Source: Ruminococcus sp.
Lineage (GTDB): Bacteria; Bacillota; Clostridia; Oscillospirales; Acutalibacteraceae
NCBI GenBank assembly: GCA_045647135.1
Contig: JAZRMA010000016.1
Location: 2,889-66,888 of the forward strand
Reading direction: 5' to 3'
DNA: 64,000 nucleotides
The position numbers and the translations under genes were made by a program. Below the pieces are notes generated by a model that saw nothing but the letters and a program-made list of their open reading frames with translations, had not been told where the DNA came from and did not search any database. This document shows positions 9,987 through 23,299 of this stretch, piece by piece (position 1 is the first letter of the stretch; each line of letters starts with the position of its first letter).

Positions 9987-10015
9987 TTGCATTTGCTACT
10001 GATTTTTGATAAAAT
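9987..10015 (+). promoter_or_regulatory. SigA promoter of dnaA
   Basis: TTGCAT-17 bp-TAAAAT with extended -10 TG. Confidence 0.6.
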
Positions 10016-10141
10016 AAAAAAGTAAATATGATATAGTGGATATTTAGCTGAATTTTTTATTTTTATTTTTTATCCATACAAAAAGTTTCAGAAATTTACG
10101 ATTTTGAGGGAAAACAGATATTGATTTAAGGAGGTATAACT

Positions 10142-11458
10142 ATGGAATCCTTCAGCGATGCATGGGGCGTTATTTGCGAATATTGCAAATCAAAAATTAC
10201 AGATGTAGCCTATAAAATGTGGATCAGCCGCATTAAACCTATTGACCTGGATTTTGATAATTCTACTATCAAATTAATGGTACCTACCGAGTTTCACAAA
10301 GAAACTCTTGAGAGATGCTACACATCTCTTATAAACGATGCTTGTAAAGAAATTTTTGGTACAGCTTTCGAGCTTTCCATTACAACACCGGACAAAAAAG
10401 ATATTACTCCGGACATGGAAAAAGCAGCAGACCCCAGTTCTATTTATGATTACACTTTTGCAAACTTCATTGTTGGACCTTCCAACAAATTTGCACATGC
10501 CGCAGCACAAGCTGTTGCTGCAAATCCTGCTGGTGCTTACAACCCGCTTCTTATTTACGGAAGCTCAGGTCTTGGTAAAACTCACCTTCTTTATGCAATC
10601 GGTAATGAAATAAAAAATAACAACTCAAGTGTAAATATTGTTTATGCTAAGGGTGATGAATTCACAAACGAGCTTATCAAGGCTATCGGCGATGCTACCA
10701 CAGCAGAATTTAAACAGAAATACAGACACGCTGATATTCTTCTTGTGGATGACGTTCAGTTTATTGCAGGAAGAAACAGTACACAGGAAGAATTCTTCCA
10801 TACATTCAATGCTCTTTATGAGGACCATAAACAGATTGTACTTATTTCTGACCGTCCTCCAAAAGATATGAAAATTCTTGATGACAGACTCCGTTCTCGT
10901 TTTGAATCAGGACTTATTGCAGATTTACAAGCCCCCGATATTGAAACAAGAATCGCAATCATCAAAAAGAAAGCTGATATTCTTCAGGTTCCTATTTCTG
11001 ATGATCTCGCTGATTTTATCGCTCAGAGAATAAAATCAAACATCCGTCAGCTTGAAGGTGTTGTAAAGAAACTCAAAGCAAGATACTTGCTTAATAATGA
11101 AAAAATTACTCAGGCTATTGTTTCTGAGGCAATTTCCGATATTCTTAACAATGATGCAACTCCCGAACAGACTCTTGGAAAAATTATTGACGAAGTAGCT
11201 CGTACCTTCGGTGTTTCTGCTGATGATATCCGTTCTCATAAAACTAAAAAAGCAAATATCAGTCATCCAAGATATGTTGCTATTTATATTACAAGAGAAC
11301 TTACAGGTATGACTATGGTTGATATTGGTAAAGCTTTCGGCAATATGCATTATTCTTCTATTGTTTATGCTACCCAGCAGATTGATAAGAAGATTCAGAA
11401 AGATATTACTCTTAAAGAAACTATCGAAGATATTATGAAAAATATAAGAGATAATTAA
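10142..11458 (+). CDS. dnaA: Chromosomal replication initiator DnaA
   Basis: YNPLLIYGSSGLGKTHL, LVDDVQF, QEEFFHTFN, RLRSRF, NIRQLEG. Confidence 0.99.
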   Translation: MESFSDAWGVICEYCKSKITDVAYKMWISRIKPIDLDFDNSTIKLMVPTEFHKETLERCYTSLINDACKEIFGTAFELSITTPDKKDITPDMEKAADPSSIYDYTFANFIVGPSNKFAHAAAQAVAANPAGAYNPLLIYGSSGLGKTHLLYAIGNEIKNNNSSVNIVYAKGDEFTNELIKAIGDATTAEFKQKYRHADILLVDDVQFIAGRNSTQEEFFHTFNALYEDHKQIVLISDRPPKDMKILDDRLRSRFESGLIADLQAPDIETRIAIIKKKADILQVPISDDLADFIAQRIKSNIRQLEGVVKKLKARYLLNNEKITQAIVSEAISDILNNDATPEQTLGKIIDEVARTFGVSADDIRSHKTKKANISHPRYVAIYITRELTGMTMVDIGKAFGNMHYSSIVYATQQIDKKIQKDITLKETIEDIMKNIRDN

Positions 11459-11697
11459 TACATATTTTTCAACATTTTAATAAACATTAACATTTAAGTT
11501 TTCAACATATTATAAAACACAATTTCCTCGGAAATAAAAATGTTAAAAACTACTAATTTATTAAAATAATCTTTAATAAATAATTTTTCCCTATTTTACT
11601 GAGTTTAAATAGGTTATTAACATATTAACCTTCTCTATTACAACAACTATATATAATATATCATTTCATATTTTTATTTGAGAAAGGACGTACAAAA
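11459..11697. other. oriC unwinding region (dnaA-dnaN spacer); the upstream rpmH-dnaA spacer 9735-10141 is the likely second part
   Basis: Very AT-rich; DnaA-box-like 9-mers at 11466, 11499, 11541 (reverse), 11614 and 11622; trio-like CTATTACAACAACTA at 11635-11649, then an AT run. Confidence 0.8.
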
Positions 11698-12804
11698 ATG
11701 AAATTTACTGTTATGCGTTCAGATATAGTTTCTGCTGTACAGAATGTATCCCGTGCAGTTTCTACAAAAGCAACTCTTCCTGCTTTGGAAGGTATCCTTA
11801 TTAAAGCCTATGACAATACACTTACACTTTCAGGATACGATCTTGAACTTGCAATAACAACTTCACTTGAAGCAACAGTTGCTGTTGAGGGAGAGATTGT
11901 TGTAGGTGCAAAACTGTTCCTTGAAATTGTAAGAAAACTTCCTGAAGAAATCGTTACATTTGAAACAGACGAGCGTATGATCATCTACATCAATTCAGGT
12001 AATGCTTCTTATCAGATTGTTGGCATTTCTTCTATGGAATATCCCGAAATGCCTGAATTTACTGCTCTGGATGAAATTAAAATTTCTGCAGGTATACTTC
12101 ACAATATGATCAGACAAACAATTTACGCTGTTTCTGATAACATTAATAAGCCTATCTACACAGGTTCTCTCTTTGATATTAAAGAAAAAGTAATGAGAAT
12201 TGTTGCTATTGACGGTTATCGTATGGCAATCAGACAGGAAAATATTGATACAGACATTGAACAGAAATTTATCGTTCCCGGTAAGATGCAGAGCGAAATT
12301 CTTAAGCTGATAAATGATGATGAAAAAGAAGTTTTAATTGTTGTCGGTCAGCGTCATGTATCTTTTACAATTGATAACTATTCTGTAGTATCCAGATTAA
12401 TTGAAGGTAACTTCCTTGATTACAGAACAACAGTACCTAAGGGTGAGGATACACTTATCCGTATCAATACCCGTTCACTTATTAATTCTGTTGACAGAAT
12501 TGCTCTTATTACAAGTGACAGAGTACAGAGTCCTGTAAGATTCAGCATCACTCAGGACGAAATTAAACTTTCTTGCAAAACTGCAGTAGGCAGAGCAAAC
12601 GATGAAATTCCTGTATCTACAATCGGTAAAGAAGTAGAAATAGGATTTAACAATAAATATGTTCTTGAAGCTCTTAAAAATACAGAATGTGACGAGGTTA
12701 CTCTTGTTCTCAACGGCAGTCTTTCTCCTATGATTATAAGACCTGTTGATGGTGAAGAGTTTATTTTCCTTGTTGTTCCTATGAGGTTAAATGATGAAAT
12801 CTGA
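11698..12804 (+). CDS. dnaN: DNA polymerase III beta clamp
   Basis: 368 aa, [27 protein letters not shown]; follows dnaA. Confidence 0.98.
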   Translation: MKFTVMRSDIVSAVQNVSRAVSTKATLPALEGILIKAYDNTLTLSGYDLELAITTSLEATVAVEGEIVVGAKLFLEIVRKLPEEIVTFETDERMIIYINSGNASYQIVGISSMEYPEMPEFTALDEIKISAGILHNMIRQTIYAVSDNINKPIYTGSLFDIKEKVMRIVAIDGYRMAIRQENIDTDIEQKFIVPGKMQSEILKLINDDEKEVLIVVGQRHVSFTIDNYSVVSRLIEGNFLDYRTTVPKGEDTLIRINTRSLINSVDRIALITSDRVQSPVRFSITQDEIKLSCKTAVGRANDEIPVSTIGKEVEIGFNNKYVLEALKNTECDEVTLVLNGSLSPMIIRPVDGEEFIFLVVPMRLNDEI

Positions 12805-13012
12805 TAAAATTATAATTAATGATGAATTTATAAAACTTGACAGTCTTATGAAATTTTCCGGTCTTTGTGCAACAGGCGGCGAAGCAAAACTTCTTATCCA
12901 GAGCGGTCAGGTGCTTGTTAACGGCGAAGTTTGCACAATGAGAGGCAAGAAAATGCGAGATGGAGACAAAGCTCAGTATGGAGATAGAATTGTAGAGGTG
13001 TCTGTTCGTTGA
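12791..13012 (+). CDS. yaaA: S4-domain RNA-binding protein YaaA
   Basis: FIKLDSLMK...GGEAK...VNGE...RGKK; synteny. Confidence 0.92.
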   Translation: MMKSDKIIINDEFIKLDSLMKFSGLCATGGEAKLLIQSGQVLVNGEVCTMRGKKMRDGDKAQYGDRIVEVSVR

Positions 13013-14103
13013 AAGTAGTGTCCCTGAAATTTTCCGATTTTCGTAATCTCAAGGACAATATAATATATCCCTGTGAAGAAACAAATGTTATTTATGGAGA
13101 TAATGCTCAAGGAAAAACAAATCTTTTAGAGGCAATATGGCTTTTTTCCGGCGGTCATTCTTTCAGAGGATCGAAAGAAAGTGAACTTACAAAATTCGGT
13201 AGTAAAAATTCACTTATCGAAATGGAATTCGAAAGTCAAGGAAGAAATCAGACTGCGTCCATACTTTTCAGTGGTAATAAAAAGCAAATACATATTAATG
13301 ATGTAAAAAAGTCTTCTTCTGCTTATCTTTCAGAATGTTTCGGTTGTGTGGTTTTTTCACCGGAACACTTGGCACTTGTTAAAAACGGCCCATCACTGCG
13401 ACGCAGATTTATTGACGGAGCAATTTGTCAGCAGAATATTAAATTTGCTGTTTTGCTTTCTCAGTATAATCGTACTCTTGTACAGAGAAATTCTTTACTT
13501 AAAGAAATTTATAAGCATCCTGAACTTAAAGAAACTCTTTGCATTTGGGATGATTCATTAATTTTACTCGGTGCAAAGATAATTTTTAAACGACTTCAGT
13601 ATATAAACAAGTTGAATATTATTGCAAAAGAATATCACTCAGGTATATCAAAAGGAAAAGAAGAACTCCTGATTGATTATATAAGTTCTGCAGGAATTAA
13701 TCTTTCTGATAAAGAAGAAGATATTATACAAAAGCTTAAATCAGGTTTTGAAAAATGCCGAAAAGAAGATATAAAACTTTCATGCACTAATTGTGGCCCT
13801 CACAGAGATGATCTTGAATTTTATATAAATTCTATGAAAGCAAAATCTTTTGGATCTCAGGGTCAGCAGAGAAGTATTGTTCTTTCGCTTAAACTTGCAG
13901 AAGCAAAGATGCTTTGGGAGTATTTTGATGAACCTCCTGTAGTTTTGCTTGATGATGTTCTTTCTGAAATCGATAGAAATAGACAAGAATTTTTACTTGA
14001 TAATTCAAAGGGCTGTCAGACTTTTATTACAGGCTGCGAACCACCTGTAACAGAAGGAGAAAATATAAAAGTTTTTACAATCAGTAATGGTGAGGTTATT
14101 TAA
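13009..14103 (+). CDS. recF: DNA replication/repair protein RecF
   Basis: [31 protein letters not shown]. Confidence 0.98.
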   Translation: MKVVSLKFSDFRNLKDNIIYPCEETNVIYGDNAQGKTNLLEAIWLFSGGHSFRGSKESELTKFGSKNSLIEMEFESQGRNQTASILFSGNKKQIHINDVKKSSSAYLSECFGCVVFSPEHLALVKNGPSLRRRFIDGAICQQNIKFAVLLSQYNRTLVQRNSLLKEIYKHPELKETLCIWDDSLILLGAKIIFKRLQYINKLNIIAKEYHSGISKGKEELLIDYISSAGINLSDKEEDIIQKLKSGFEKCRKEDIKLSCTNCGPHRDDLEFYINSMKAKSFGSQGQQRSIVLSLKLAEAKMLWEYFDEPPVVLLDDVLSEIDRNRQEFLLDNSKGCQTFITGCEPPVTEGENIKVFTISNGEVI

Positions 14104-14382
14104 ATGTATCTGCATTTAGGACAGGATACAGTAGTATCTGCAGAAACTATAATTGGTATTTATGATATGGATACTTCGACTGTTTCAAAATGGTCAAGAG
14201 AATATTTAAATCGTGCAGAAAAAGAAGGCAGAGTTATAAATGTCTCGTTTTTTGACCTTCCTAAATCCTTTATTGTTTGCAGAGAAACAGAAAATGATAA
14301 TAAGATAGAAAGAGTTTATATAAGTCCTCTTTCAAGTCAGACTCTTTTAAAACGTTTACATAGCTCTCAGCTTATTAAATAA
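14104..14382 (+). CDS. remB: RemB/YaaB (DUF370 family) protein
   Basis: MYLHLG...IIGIYD...KSFIV...YISPLSSQTL; between recF and gyrB. Confidence 0.85.
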   Translation: MYLHLGQDTVVSAETIIGIYDMDTSTVSKWSREYLNRAEKEGRVINVSFFDLPKSFIVCRETENDNKIERVYISPLSSQTLLKRLHSSQLIK

Positions 14383-14418
14383 TTTTTATTGAAAATAAAT
14401 TATTGAAGGTGATGATTT

Positions 14419-15240
14419 ATGAATAAAGATTTGAAAAGATGTCCTTACTGTTCAAGAAAGATAAATTATTGGAGACGCTTGCTTGAAGTAAGTAAGGGTG
14501 AACATACCTGTAAAAACTGCAAAAAAATATCAAATATAAAGCAGAATCCGATTATTTGGATTATACTTATTCTTTGTTGTCTTTTTGCTCTTCTTATTAT
14601 GGTATTTTACTTTTCATCAGCAAAAAATATTCAGAATACTTTTGATGATACAGGAAAAATGAAGTTTCTTGTAAAACTCTTCTTTGGTGATTTTAAAGAG
14701 GTGAAATGGGTACTTTGGGAAATTTTTCCCTTTATTGTATTTTATTTTGTTTCTCCTTTATTTATTGAATATGCACCTCAGAAGAGATTTATGGAACAGA
14801 CTCAATCAAAAATAGATCTTACAGTTCCTTTTTCAAATACGTCTTCTACACCTAAAGTAAAAACAGAAACAAGTAAAAGAAATATTCCAAAAATAAAAGA
14901 ACCTGCTTTTTCAGGGGTTTATGAAGATATATCTTCTTCATCTTCAAATAGTATTGATAAAACAAGAGCATTTAAAGTTTCTGATTCTTCAGAATATTTT
15001 AAAGAAGAAAAAAATGAAAAAGAAGAAGTTATGACAGATATAAATATTCAGAAAAACTCTGTCTCAAATTCTTATTCAAGCGATACTCCGCTTATAAAGG
15101 TTACTCATAATACTCCTTCTATAGAAACAGAAGAAGATGTTAAAGAATATGTTCCTACAAAGGACAGAACAAAAGAAACAAAGATTGCAGAAAAAGAGAG
15201 GTTAACTCCTCCAAATTATTCTGCTAACAGAAAATTTTAA
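14419..15240 (+). CDS. Hypothetical membrane protein: CxxC-x19-CxxC zinc ribbon, two TM helices, low-complexity tail
   Basis: CPYC...CKNC, two hydrophobic segments, S/E/K-rich C-terminus; GAAGGTG RBS. Confidence 0.75.
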   Translation: MNKDLKRCPYCSRKINYWRRLLEVSKGEHTCKNCKKISNIKQNPIIWIILILCCLFALLIMVFYFSSAKNIQNTFDDTGKMKFLVKLFFGDFKEVKWVLWEIFPFIVFYFVSPLFIEYAPQKRFMEQTQSKIDLTVPFSNTSSTPKVKTETSKRNIPKIKEPAFSGVYEDISSSSSNSIDKTRAFKVSDSSEYFKEEKNEKEEVMTDINIQKNSVSNSYSSDTPLIKVTHNTPSIETEEDVKEYVPTKDRTKETKIAEKERLTPPNYSANRKF

Positions 15241-15258
15241 ATAAATTAAAACGAATAA

Positions 15259-17262
<2,004 letters not shown>

Positions 17263-17285
17263 TTTCGGGGAAAGGAGAAATAATT

Positions 17286-19862
17286 ATGGCAACAAAAAAA
17301 GAAAAATCTTATATGGTTGACGAAAGCTCATTTGCCAACACAAAAATTATTGATGTTGATGTAAATCGCGAAATGCGTCAGTCCTTCCTCGATTATTCAA
17401 TGTCAGTTATTGTGTCCCGTGCACTTCCTGATGTTCGTGACGGATTAAAGCCTGTTCACAGAAGAATTCTTTACACAATGTATGAAAAAGGACTTACTCC
17501 CGAAAAGGCGTACAGAAAATGTGCAGATACAGTAGGTTCTGTGCTGGGTTCTTATCATCCCCATGGTGACGCTTCTGTTTATGATGCAATGGTAAGACTT
17601 GCACAGGATTTCTCTATGAGATATATGCTTGTAGACGGACATGGTAACTTCGGTTCCGTTGACGGTGACCCCCCTGCTGCATACAGATATACAGAGTCAA
17701 AGATGAGCAAACTTTCTACAGAAATGCTTGCTGATATTGATAAAGATACTGTTGATTTTATGCCCAACTTCGACGACCGTCTTGAAGAGCCTACAGTACT
17801 TCCTTCAAGATTCCCGAATCTGCTTGTAAATGGTTCGGGCGGTATCGCAGTTGGTATGGCAACAAACATTCCTCCTCACAATCTCTGCGAAGTTATTGAT
17901 ACAATGTGTTTGCTTATTGATAATCCCGATGCAGAAATTCCTGAGCTTATGGAGTGTCTGCCCGGACCTGATTTCCCCACAGGCGGTATGATTATGGGCA
18001 GAAGCGGTATCCGTGCTGCTTATATGACAGGCCGTGGCAAAATTACAGTTCGTGCAAGAGCAGAAATTGTTGAGGAAAAGAACGGCAGATTCAAGATTAT
18101 TGTTACAGAACTTCCTTATCAGGTTAATAAGGCAAGACTTATCGAATATATTGCAGACCTTGTAAATGAAAAGAGAATTGAAGGTATCTCGAATATAGAG
18201 GACCACTCTGACAGAGAAGGTATGCATATTGAGATTGATATAAAGCGTGACGCTTCTCCTCAGGTTGTTCTCAATCAGCTTTACAGCTATACTCAGCTCC
18301 AGACCACCTTTGGTGTTATTATGCTGGCAATCGTAAATGGTGAGCCTAAGATTCTTAATCTTAAGGAAATGCTCACTCATTATATTGATTTTCAGGAAGA
18401 AGTTATTACCCGCCGTACTGCATACGACCTTAAAAAAGCAGAGGAAAGAATGCATATTTTAGAGGGCTTAAAGATTGCTCTCGATAATATCGACGAGGTT
18501 ATTGCTACAATCCGTGCAAGTAAGGATACTCCAGAGGCTGTAGCAAAACTTATGGAGAAATTTGCACTTTCAGAGATTCAGGCTCAGGCTATTGTGCAGA
18601 TGAGACTTCGTCAGCTCACAGGTCTTGAGAGAGAAAAAATTGAAGAAGAAATCAAAGAACTTCAGATTAAAATTACAGACCTCAAAGATATTCTTGCAAG
18701 TCACGAAAGAAGAATGCAGATTATTAAAGTTGAGGCTACTGAAATCAGAAATAAATACGCAGACGACAGAAGAACAGAAATCTGTGCAATCAGCGGTGAG
18801 GTTGATATTGAAGATCTTATTCCTGAGGAACAGTGCGTTGTTACTTATACTCGTTTCGGTTATATCAAGCGTCAGACCACCGATACCTACAAGATTCAGA
18901 ATCGTGGCGGTCGAGGTGTTGCAGGTATGACCAGAAGAGAAGAGGACGTGGCAACTGAGCTTATGATTACAGGTTCTCACGACTATATTCTCTTCTTCTC
19001 TGATAAAGGTCGAGTTTACAGACTCAAGTGTTACGAAATTCCTGAAGGTAGTCGTCAGTCAAAGGGTATGAATATTGCAAATCTTCTGCCTCTTACAGGA
19101 GACGAAAAGATTACCTCTATGATTCGTGTTCCTGATTTTGAAGAGGATAAGTATCTTGTAATGGTAACCCGTCAGGGTATTATCAAAAGAATTTCTCTTA
19201 ATGCTTACAATACAAACCGTAAAGGTGGTCTTATTGCCCTTGAACTTAACGAGGGTGATGAACTTGCTTGGGTAAGAATGACCAACGGCAATGATTCTAT
19301 TATTATCGCCACAAAGAAAGGTTATGCAATCCGCTTTGACGAAAATAATGTTCGTCCTATGGGCAGACTTGCTCGTGGTGTTCGTGCTATAAGACTTCGT
19401 GATGGAGATCAGGTTGTTGGTATGTCTGTAGCTCGTGAAGGCGGTAAAGTACTTACAGTATCTGAAACAGGCTACGGCAGACTTTCTGAGATTGACAACT
19501 ACAGACTTCAGTCAAGAGGCGGTAAGGGTATTATTAACTACCATGTTGAGAAATACGGCGATGTTGCTGCTATCAAGGTTGTTGACATTGAAGATGATAT
19601 TATTCTTGTTTCTGAAGATGGTATTATTATCCGTATTCTTGCAAGTTCCATTCGCGTATGTGCCCGTCCTTCAAAGGGTGTTACGGTAATGCGTATCAAG
19701 GATGGTAACAAGGTTGTTGCTGCCGCAAGAGCACCTCACGAAGAGGATGCGGTTGCTCTTGAAGCAGAAGAAATCGACCCCGAAGAAGAAGCTCTTGACG
19801 CCGTTATCGACGAGGAAGAAGAAATCATCCTCGATGATGCAGAAGAAGCAATTGAGGAATAA
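17286..19862 (+). CDS. gyrA: DNA gyrase subunit A
   Basis: [22 protein letters not shown], GyrA-box QNRGGRG, acidic tail. Confidence 0.99.
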   Translation: MATKKEKSYMVDESSFANTKIIDVDVNREMRQSFLDYSMSVIVSRALPDVRDGLKPVHRRILYTMYEKGLTPEKAYRKCADTVGSVLGSYHPHGDASVYDAMVRLAQDFSMRYMLVDGHGNFGSVDGDPPAAYRYTESKMSKLSTEMLADIDKDTVDFMPNFDDRLEEPTVLPSRFPNLLVNGSGGIAVGMATNIPPHNLCEVIDTMCLLIDNPDAEIPELMECLPGPDFPTGGMIMGRSGIRAAYMTGRGKITVRARAEIVEEKNGRFKIIVTELPYQVNKARLIEYIADLVNEKRIEGISNIEDHSDREGMHIEIDIKRDASPQVVLNQLYSYTQLQTTFGVIMLAIVNGEPKILNLKEMLTHYIDFQEEVITRRTAYDLKKAEERMHILEGLKIALDNIDEVIATIRASKDTPEAVAKLMEKFALSEIQAQAIVQMRLRQLTGLEREKIEEEIKELQIKITDLKDILASHERRMQIIKVEATEIRNKYADDRRTEICAISGEVDIEDLIPEEQCVVTYTRFGYIKRQTTDTYKIQNRGGRGVAGMTRREEDVATELMITGSHDYILFFSDKGRVYRLKCYEIPEGSRQSKGMNIANLLPLTGDEKITSMIRVPDFEEDKYLVMVTRQGIIKRISLNAYNTNRKGGLIALELNEGDELAWVRMTNGNDSIIIATKKGYAIRFDENNVRPMGRLARGVRAIRLRDGDQVVGMSVAREGGKVLTVSETGYGRLSEIDNYRLQSRGGKGIINYHVEKYGDVAAIKVVDIEDDIILVSEDGIIIRILASSIRVCARPSKGVTVMRIKDGNKVVAAARAPHEEDAVALEAEEIDPEEEALDAVIDEEEEIILDDAEEAIEE

Positions 19863-19882
19863 TTAAATATATACATTATAAA

Positions 19883-19917
19883 AAAACCAGTGAGCAGAAT
19901 TTCTACTCACTGGTTTT
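19883..19917. terminator. Bidirectional terminator between gyrA and the yfhO-like gene
   Basis: AAAACCAGTGAG-loop-CTCACTGGTTTT between convergent genes. Confidence 0.85.
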
Positions 19918-19932
19918 AATTTTGGTATTAAC

Positions 19933-22900
19933 TTAATTTTCGTCAGATATATTATCTGTAGAGGAATCAGAGTCAGTTAAATATATTTCAGCTACTTCAA
20001 CTGTGTCAATAATTCTATTATCCTCAATAAATTCTGAATTTTCTATATTTTCAAATTCTTCAAGATTGAGGGTTTCTTCTATTGTTAAATTATTGGCTTC
20101 TTCAATGATAAAGTATACATCGTCGGAAATTTTTTCTTTTACTGCAGGGTCAAAGAGCCATACAACAGGTTTGGCAAACTTTTTGTTTCTCATAAATTTT
20201 GATGTACATACAGCAAAGAAGATAAGAACAATAAGTGCACCTGCAAAAATTACTGCGCCAAACTTAAAGCCTGCAGGAGTGTAAGAAAACTCAATTGTGT
20301 GCTCACCTTTTGTAAGTGATACACAACACATTCCGCCTTCGCGTGCTTTGTCCATATTTTCCGGTTCTTTTGAATCGGGGTAAATAACACCGAGGGGTAT
20401 AACATCCTGCTCAATGCCGTCAACTTTAACTGTCCAGCCCTTTTCGTAAGGAATAGAGGTGTAAAGAACGCCGTCGCGGTTTGCATAGATTGTACCCTTA
20501 AGCTCTGTGTCGGAGACATGAGTTGTCTGAAGAGTTGACTGCTTTAATACCTCAATACCTCTTCTGTAAACATCCTCGTTGAGATAATAGAGGTGTGCAC
20601 GAATCCAGGAACTTCTCTTGAGATTACCCTGGAATGATACTGTATCACCTTCATTTACTTTACCAATAGCGGCAATATGAGGTTGCTCAATATTAATTTC
20701 GCGAAGCTGAGTGCTGTTTATGCTGATTTTTCCTTTTCCTTCAGGACCGCTTATATAGAAGAAAGAATATACATAACCCTCTTTTGGTACTTGGAAATTG
20801 TATTTAACATTTGTTGTGCCGGAGGTTGTATAGCCGATTTCCATTCCGTCGGAATATTTAACAGAAGGATCTACATTATGCTCTGTTGATGTTTTTTCAA
20901 TAGGAGTGTAAAGAGGCTCTTCTATTCCTGTAGCTTTTCTCCAAAAATCAATCTGATTTTCAAAGGGATTTACATAAGCCTCAGAAGGATCCGAATTTGC
21001 ATCGAGCTGTTTATTTTTGTCGTTTGTTTTTGGAAGTTCAAAATTCTCGAGTTCTTTGTTTGCAAGGAAGCCCATATTAATGTAATCTGTGTTTTCGTAA
21101 AGAGTTACATTACCTGCTGTATCAGACATCTGCATAAAAGGTTCGCCATAACTCTTGCCGCTTCTTGCAATAAGGTAACGGATATTAAAAAGCACGTTGG
21201 TTACGGGAGATGAATCGTAATATGTGTAACGGTTACCGCCTAAATATCCTGCACCGCCCATATCACCAAAGTATTTGTTGAATGTGGCATTTGCCATGGA
21301 ATTGAACATGGAAAGACCATTGTAATCATAGATAGAACCATCATTGAGGGTATATGCATTTGTAGTCTCAATTCGGTAAATATCGGGAGTTTCGGTTTCT
21401 TTTCTTGCTTCAATTCTTTCTAATAATAGAGTTATATTTTCTTTTTCTGTAGGATATCCGATTTTTGTAGTAGAACCAACGGTGTCAACACTGACAATAG
21501 TGGTAACACACATTTCGCCCATAACAATCAGACAAAGGAAAACCGAAAGAAACCGCTTTGGTACAAGTTTAAGAACATATAGCAGTATGGCTGCAATCAT
21601 AAAGACGCCTATAATTATACATGCTGTGAATATATTCTCGTTAAAAGGTGTGCGGTTTGTAGTGCCGTCTTCTACTACTATAAATTTTCTGAAATAGTAA
21701 AGAAGGATAAACATGGAGAAGACAAGAGTTGTGATGATAACATCAATGTAGTTGCTGTCTTTAAGAACAAGATATGCTCTGTAACCCATATAAATAATAA
21801 GGAAACTGAAGAGGAAACTGAATCTGTAAGGCAGCATATTGGGATAATGGAATCCGTGCCACATAAAGTCAAGTCTTCTGAAAATAAAACTGATTACAAA
21901 GAACATTAAAGTAGAAACACAGAAAATCTTTTCGCCTTTTTTAATTTTCTTTGAGCAGAAGAATATACCAAGAAGAACAAGACAAAGAAGTCCACAACCA
22001 ATATTAGGCATACCTTCTGTTGAAGTAGGAGATATAAACGAAAGAGCATTGCTGAGTATTTTATGGAAAGCATCAAGCACACCTGCGGTGTTATCTGTAC
22101 CAATGTTGATGTCAAAACCTTTAGGCATACCTGTTGTCTGCTTATAGCAGTTTTGCAGAGCAAGGTAAGCAGGTATGGTAACTATGGCAGTCAACATAAG
22201 AGAAATCCCTGCACTGATTGCTGTACGAAGAAGGTCTTTTGCTGCTTTTCTGAGGCTTACCCAGCAGGATGCTGTATAGCCGATAGCAGTAAGGAATACT
22301 GCAACACAGATGAAAAGACCGATGTAATAGTTGAAAATAACAGAGAGAGCAAGGGAAATAATGAAAAGTTTGTACTTGCCGTCACGAAGCAGACAAACTG
22401 TGCCTGCAACTACCAAAGGAAGCATTGCCACAGAGTCAAGCCAGATAATGTTCCAATAATAACCCATATTAAAGGAACAAAGGGCAAACATTGTTGAGAA
22501 AAATACCGTTGCAAGACTGCATTTTTTGAAAATAATCTTAAAGCAGATTGCTGTAAACATTCCTGCAAGAGAAAGTTTGATTACGGTTGCAACTACAATG
22601 TAGCTTGAAAGAACATCCGAAGAGAAAAATGCAGAACAGAAGTTGAGAGGGCTGAAAAGGTAGTAAGATCCCATTGCAATAAAGTTTACACCCATACCCA
22701 CAGACCAGGTCCAGAAAAGTGAACCGCCGGACTGGAGTTTATCGTGTAATTCTACAAGGAATGGGAAGTACTGATGCCACATATCAACAACGTGCATCTG
22801 TTGTGTACCCCAGGGATTTTCAGTTTCAACATAAACATCTATACCAATAAGGTCACTGAACTGGTACAGAATATAGTTGACGCCGGTTTTAAGAATACCG

Positions 22901-23058
22901 AAAGGTGCCACATTCTCAACAGCAAAGCCGATAGCAAGAAGCACAAAGGGAATAATAAAAGAAAGTGCTATGAACTTGCCCGAACCGTCGCCTTTTGAAC
23001 GGGCGTTTTTAATAAGAGTTTTCATAGTGGGGAATTTGGCGGATTTTGCCTTGACCAT
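19933..23058 (-). CDS. YfhO-family polytopic glycosyltransferase (GT-C type)
   Basis: DMWHQYFPF, YYLFSP, WHGFHYPNMLPYRFSF, TSIPYEKGWTVKVDG; many TM helices. Confidence 0.9.
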   Translation of the reverse strand: MVKAKSAKFPTMKTLIKNARSKGDGSGKFIALSFIIPFVLLAIGFAVENVAPFGILKTGVNYILYQFSDLIGIDVYVETENPWGTQQMHVVDMWHQYFPFLVELHDKLQSGGSLFWTWSVGMGVNFIAMGSYYLFSPLNFCSAFFSSDVLSSYIVVATVIKLSLAGMFTAICFKIIFKKCSLATVFFSTMFALCSFNMGYYWNIIWLDSVAMLPLVVAGTVCLLRDGKYKLFIISLALSVIFNYYIGLFICVAVFLTAIGYTASCWVSLRKAAKDLLRTAISAGISLMLTAIVTIPAYLALQNCYKQTTGMPKGFDINIGTDNTAGVLDAFHKILSNALSFISPTSTEGMPNIGCGLLCLVLLGIFFCSKKIKKGEKIFCVSTLMFFVISFIFRRLDFMWHGFHYPNMLPYRFSFLFSFLIIYMGYRAYLVLKDSNYIDVIITTLVFSMFILLYYFRKFIVVEDGTTNRTPFNENIFTACIIIGVFMIAAILLYVLKLVPKRFLSVFLCLIVMGEMCVTTIVSVDTVGSTTKIGYPTEKENITLLLERIEARKETETPDIYRIETTNAYTLNDGSIYDYNGLSMFNSMANATFNKYFGDMGGAGYLGGNRYTYYDSSPVTNVLFNIRYLIARSGKSYGEPFMQMSDTAGNVTLYENTDYINMGFLANKELENFELPKTNDKNKQLDANSDPSEAYVNPFENQIDFWRKATGIEEPLYTPIEKTSTEHNVDPSVKYSDGMEIGYTTSGTTNVKYNFQVPKEGYVYSFFYISGPEGKGKISINSTQLREINIEQPHIAAIGKVNEGDTVSFQGNLKRSSWIRAHLYYLNEDVYRRGIEVLKQSTLQTTHVSDTELKGTIYANRDGVLYTSIPYEKGWTVKVDGIEQDVIPLGVIYPDSKEPENMDKAREGGMCCVSLTKGEHTIEFSYTPAGFKFGAVIFAGALIVLIFFAVCTSKFMRNKKFAKPVVWLFDPAVKEKISDDVYFIIEEANNLTIEETLNLEEFENIENSEFIEDNRIIDTVEVAEIYLTDSDSSTDNISDEN

Positions 23059-23215
23059 ACACAAAAACCTCCCGTAAATTAATAGGATTTCTGCATAAAT
23101 AAAACTTATTTATACACATAGATATACATATTAATTATAACACGAGAATGTATAAAGGTAAACTCTTTTTAATAAAAAGATAAAAATTATTTTATGCAAT
23201 ATTAATCGGATTTCA

Positions 23216-23244
23216 TAGACTTTTTGTTTTGTTGATGTTATAAT
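23216..23244 (+). promoter_or_regulatory. SigA promoter of the GT2-gtrA operon
   Basis: TAGACT-17 bp-TATAAT with extended -10 TG. Confidence 0.65.
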
Positions 23245-23299
23245 ACTTTTAGGTATGTAATTCAGGTTACTGAATATTCTGATACGAGGTGAAGGAATA

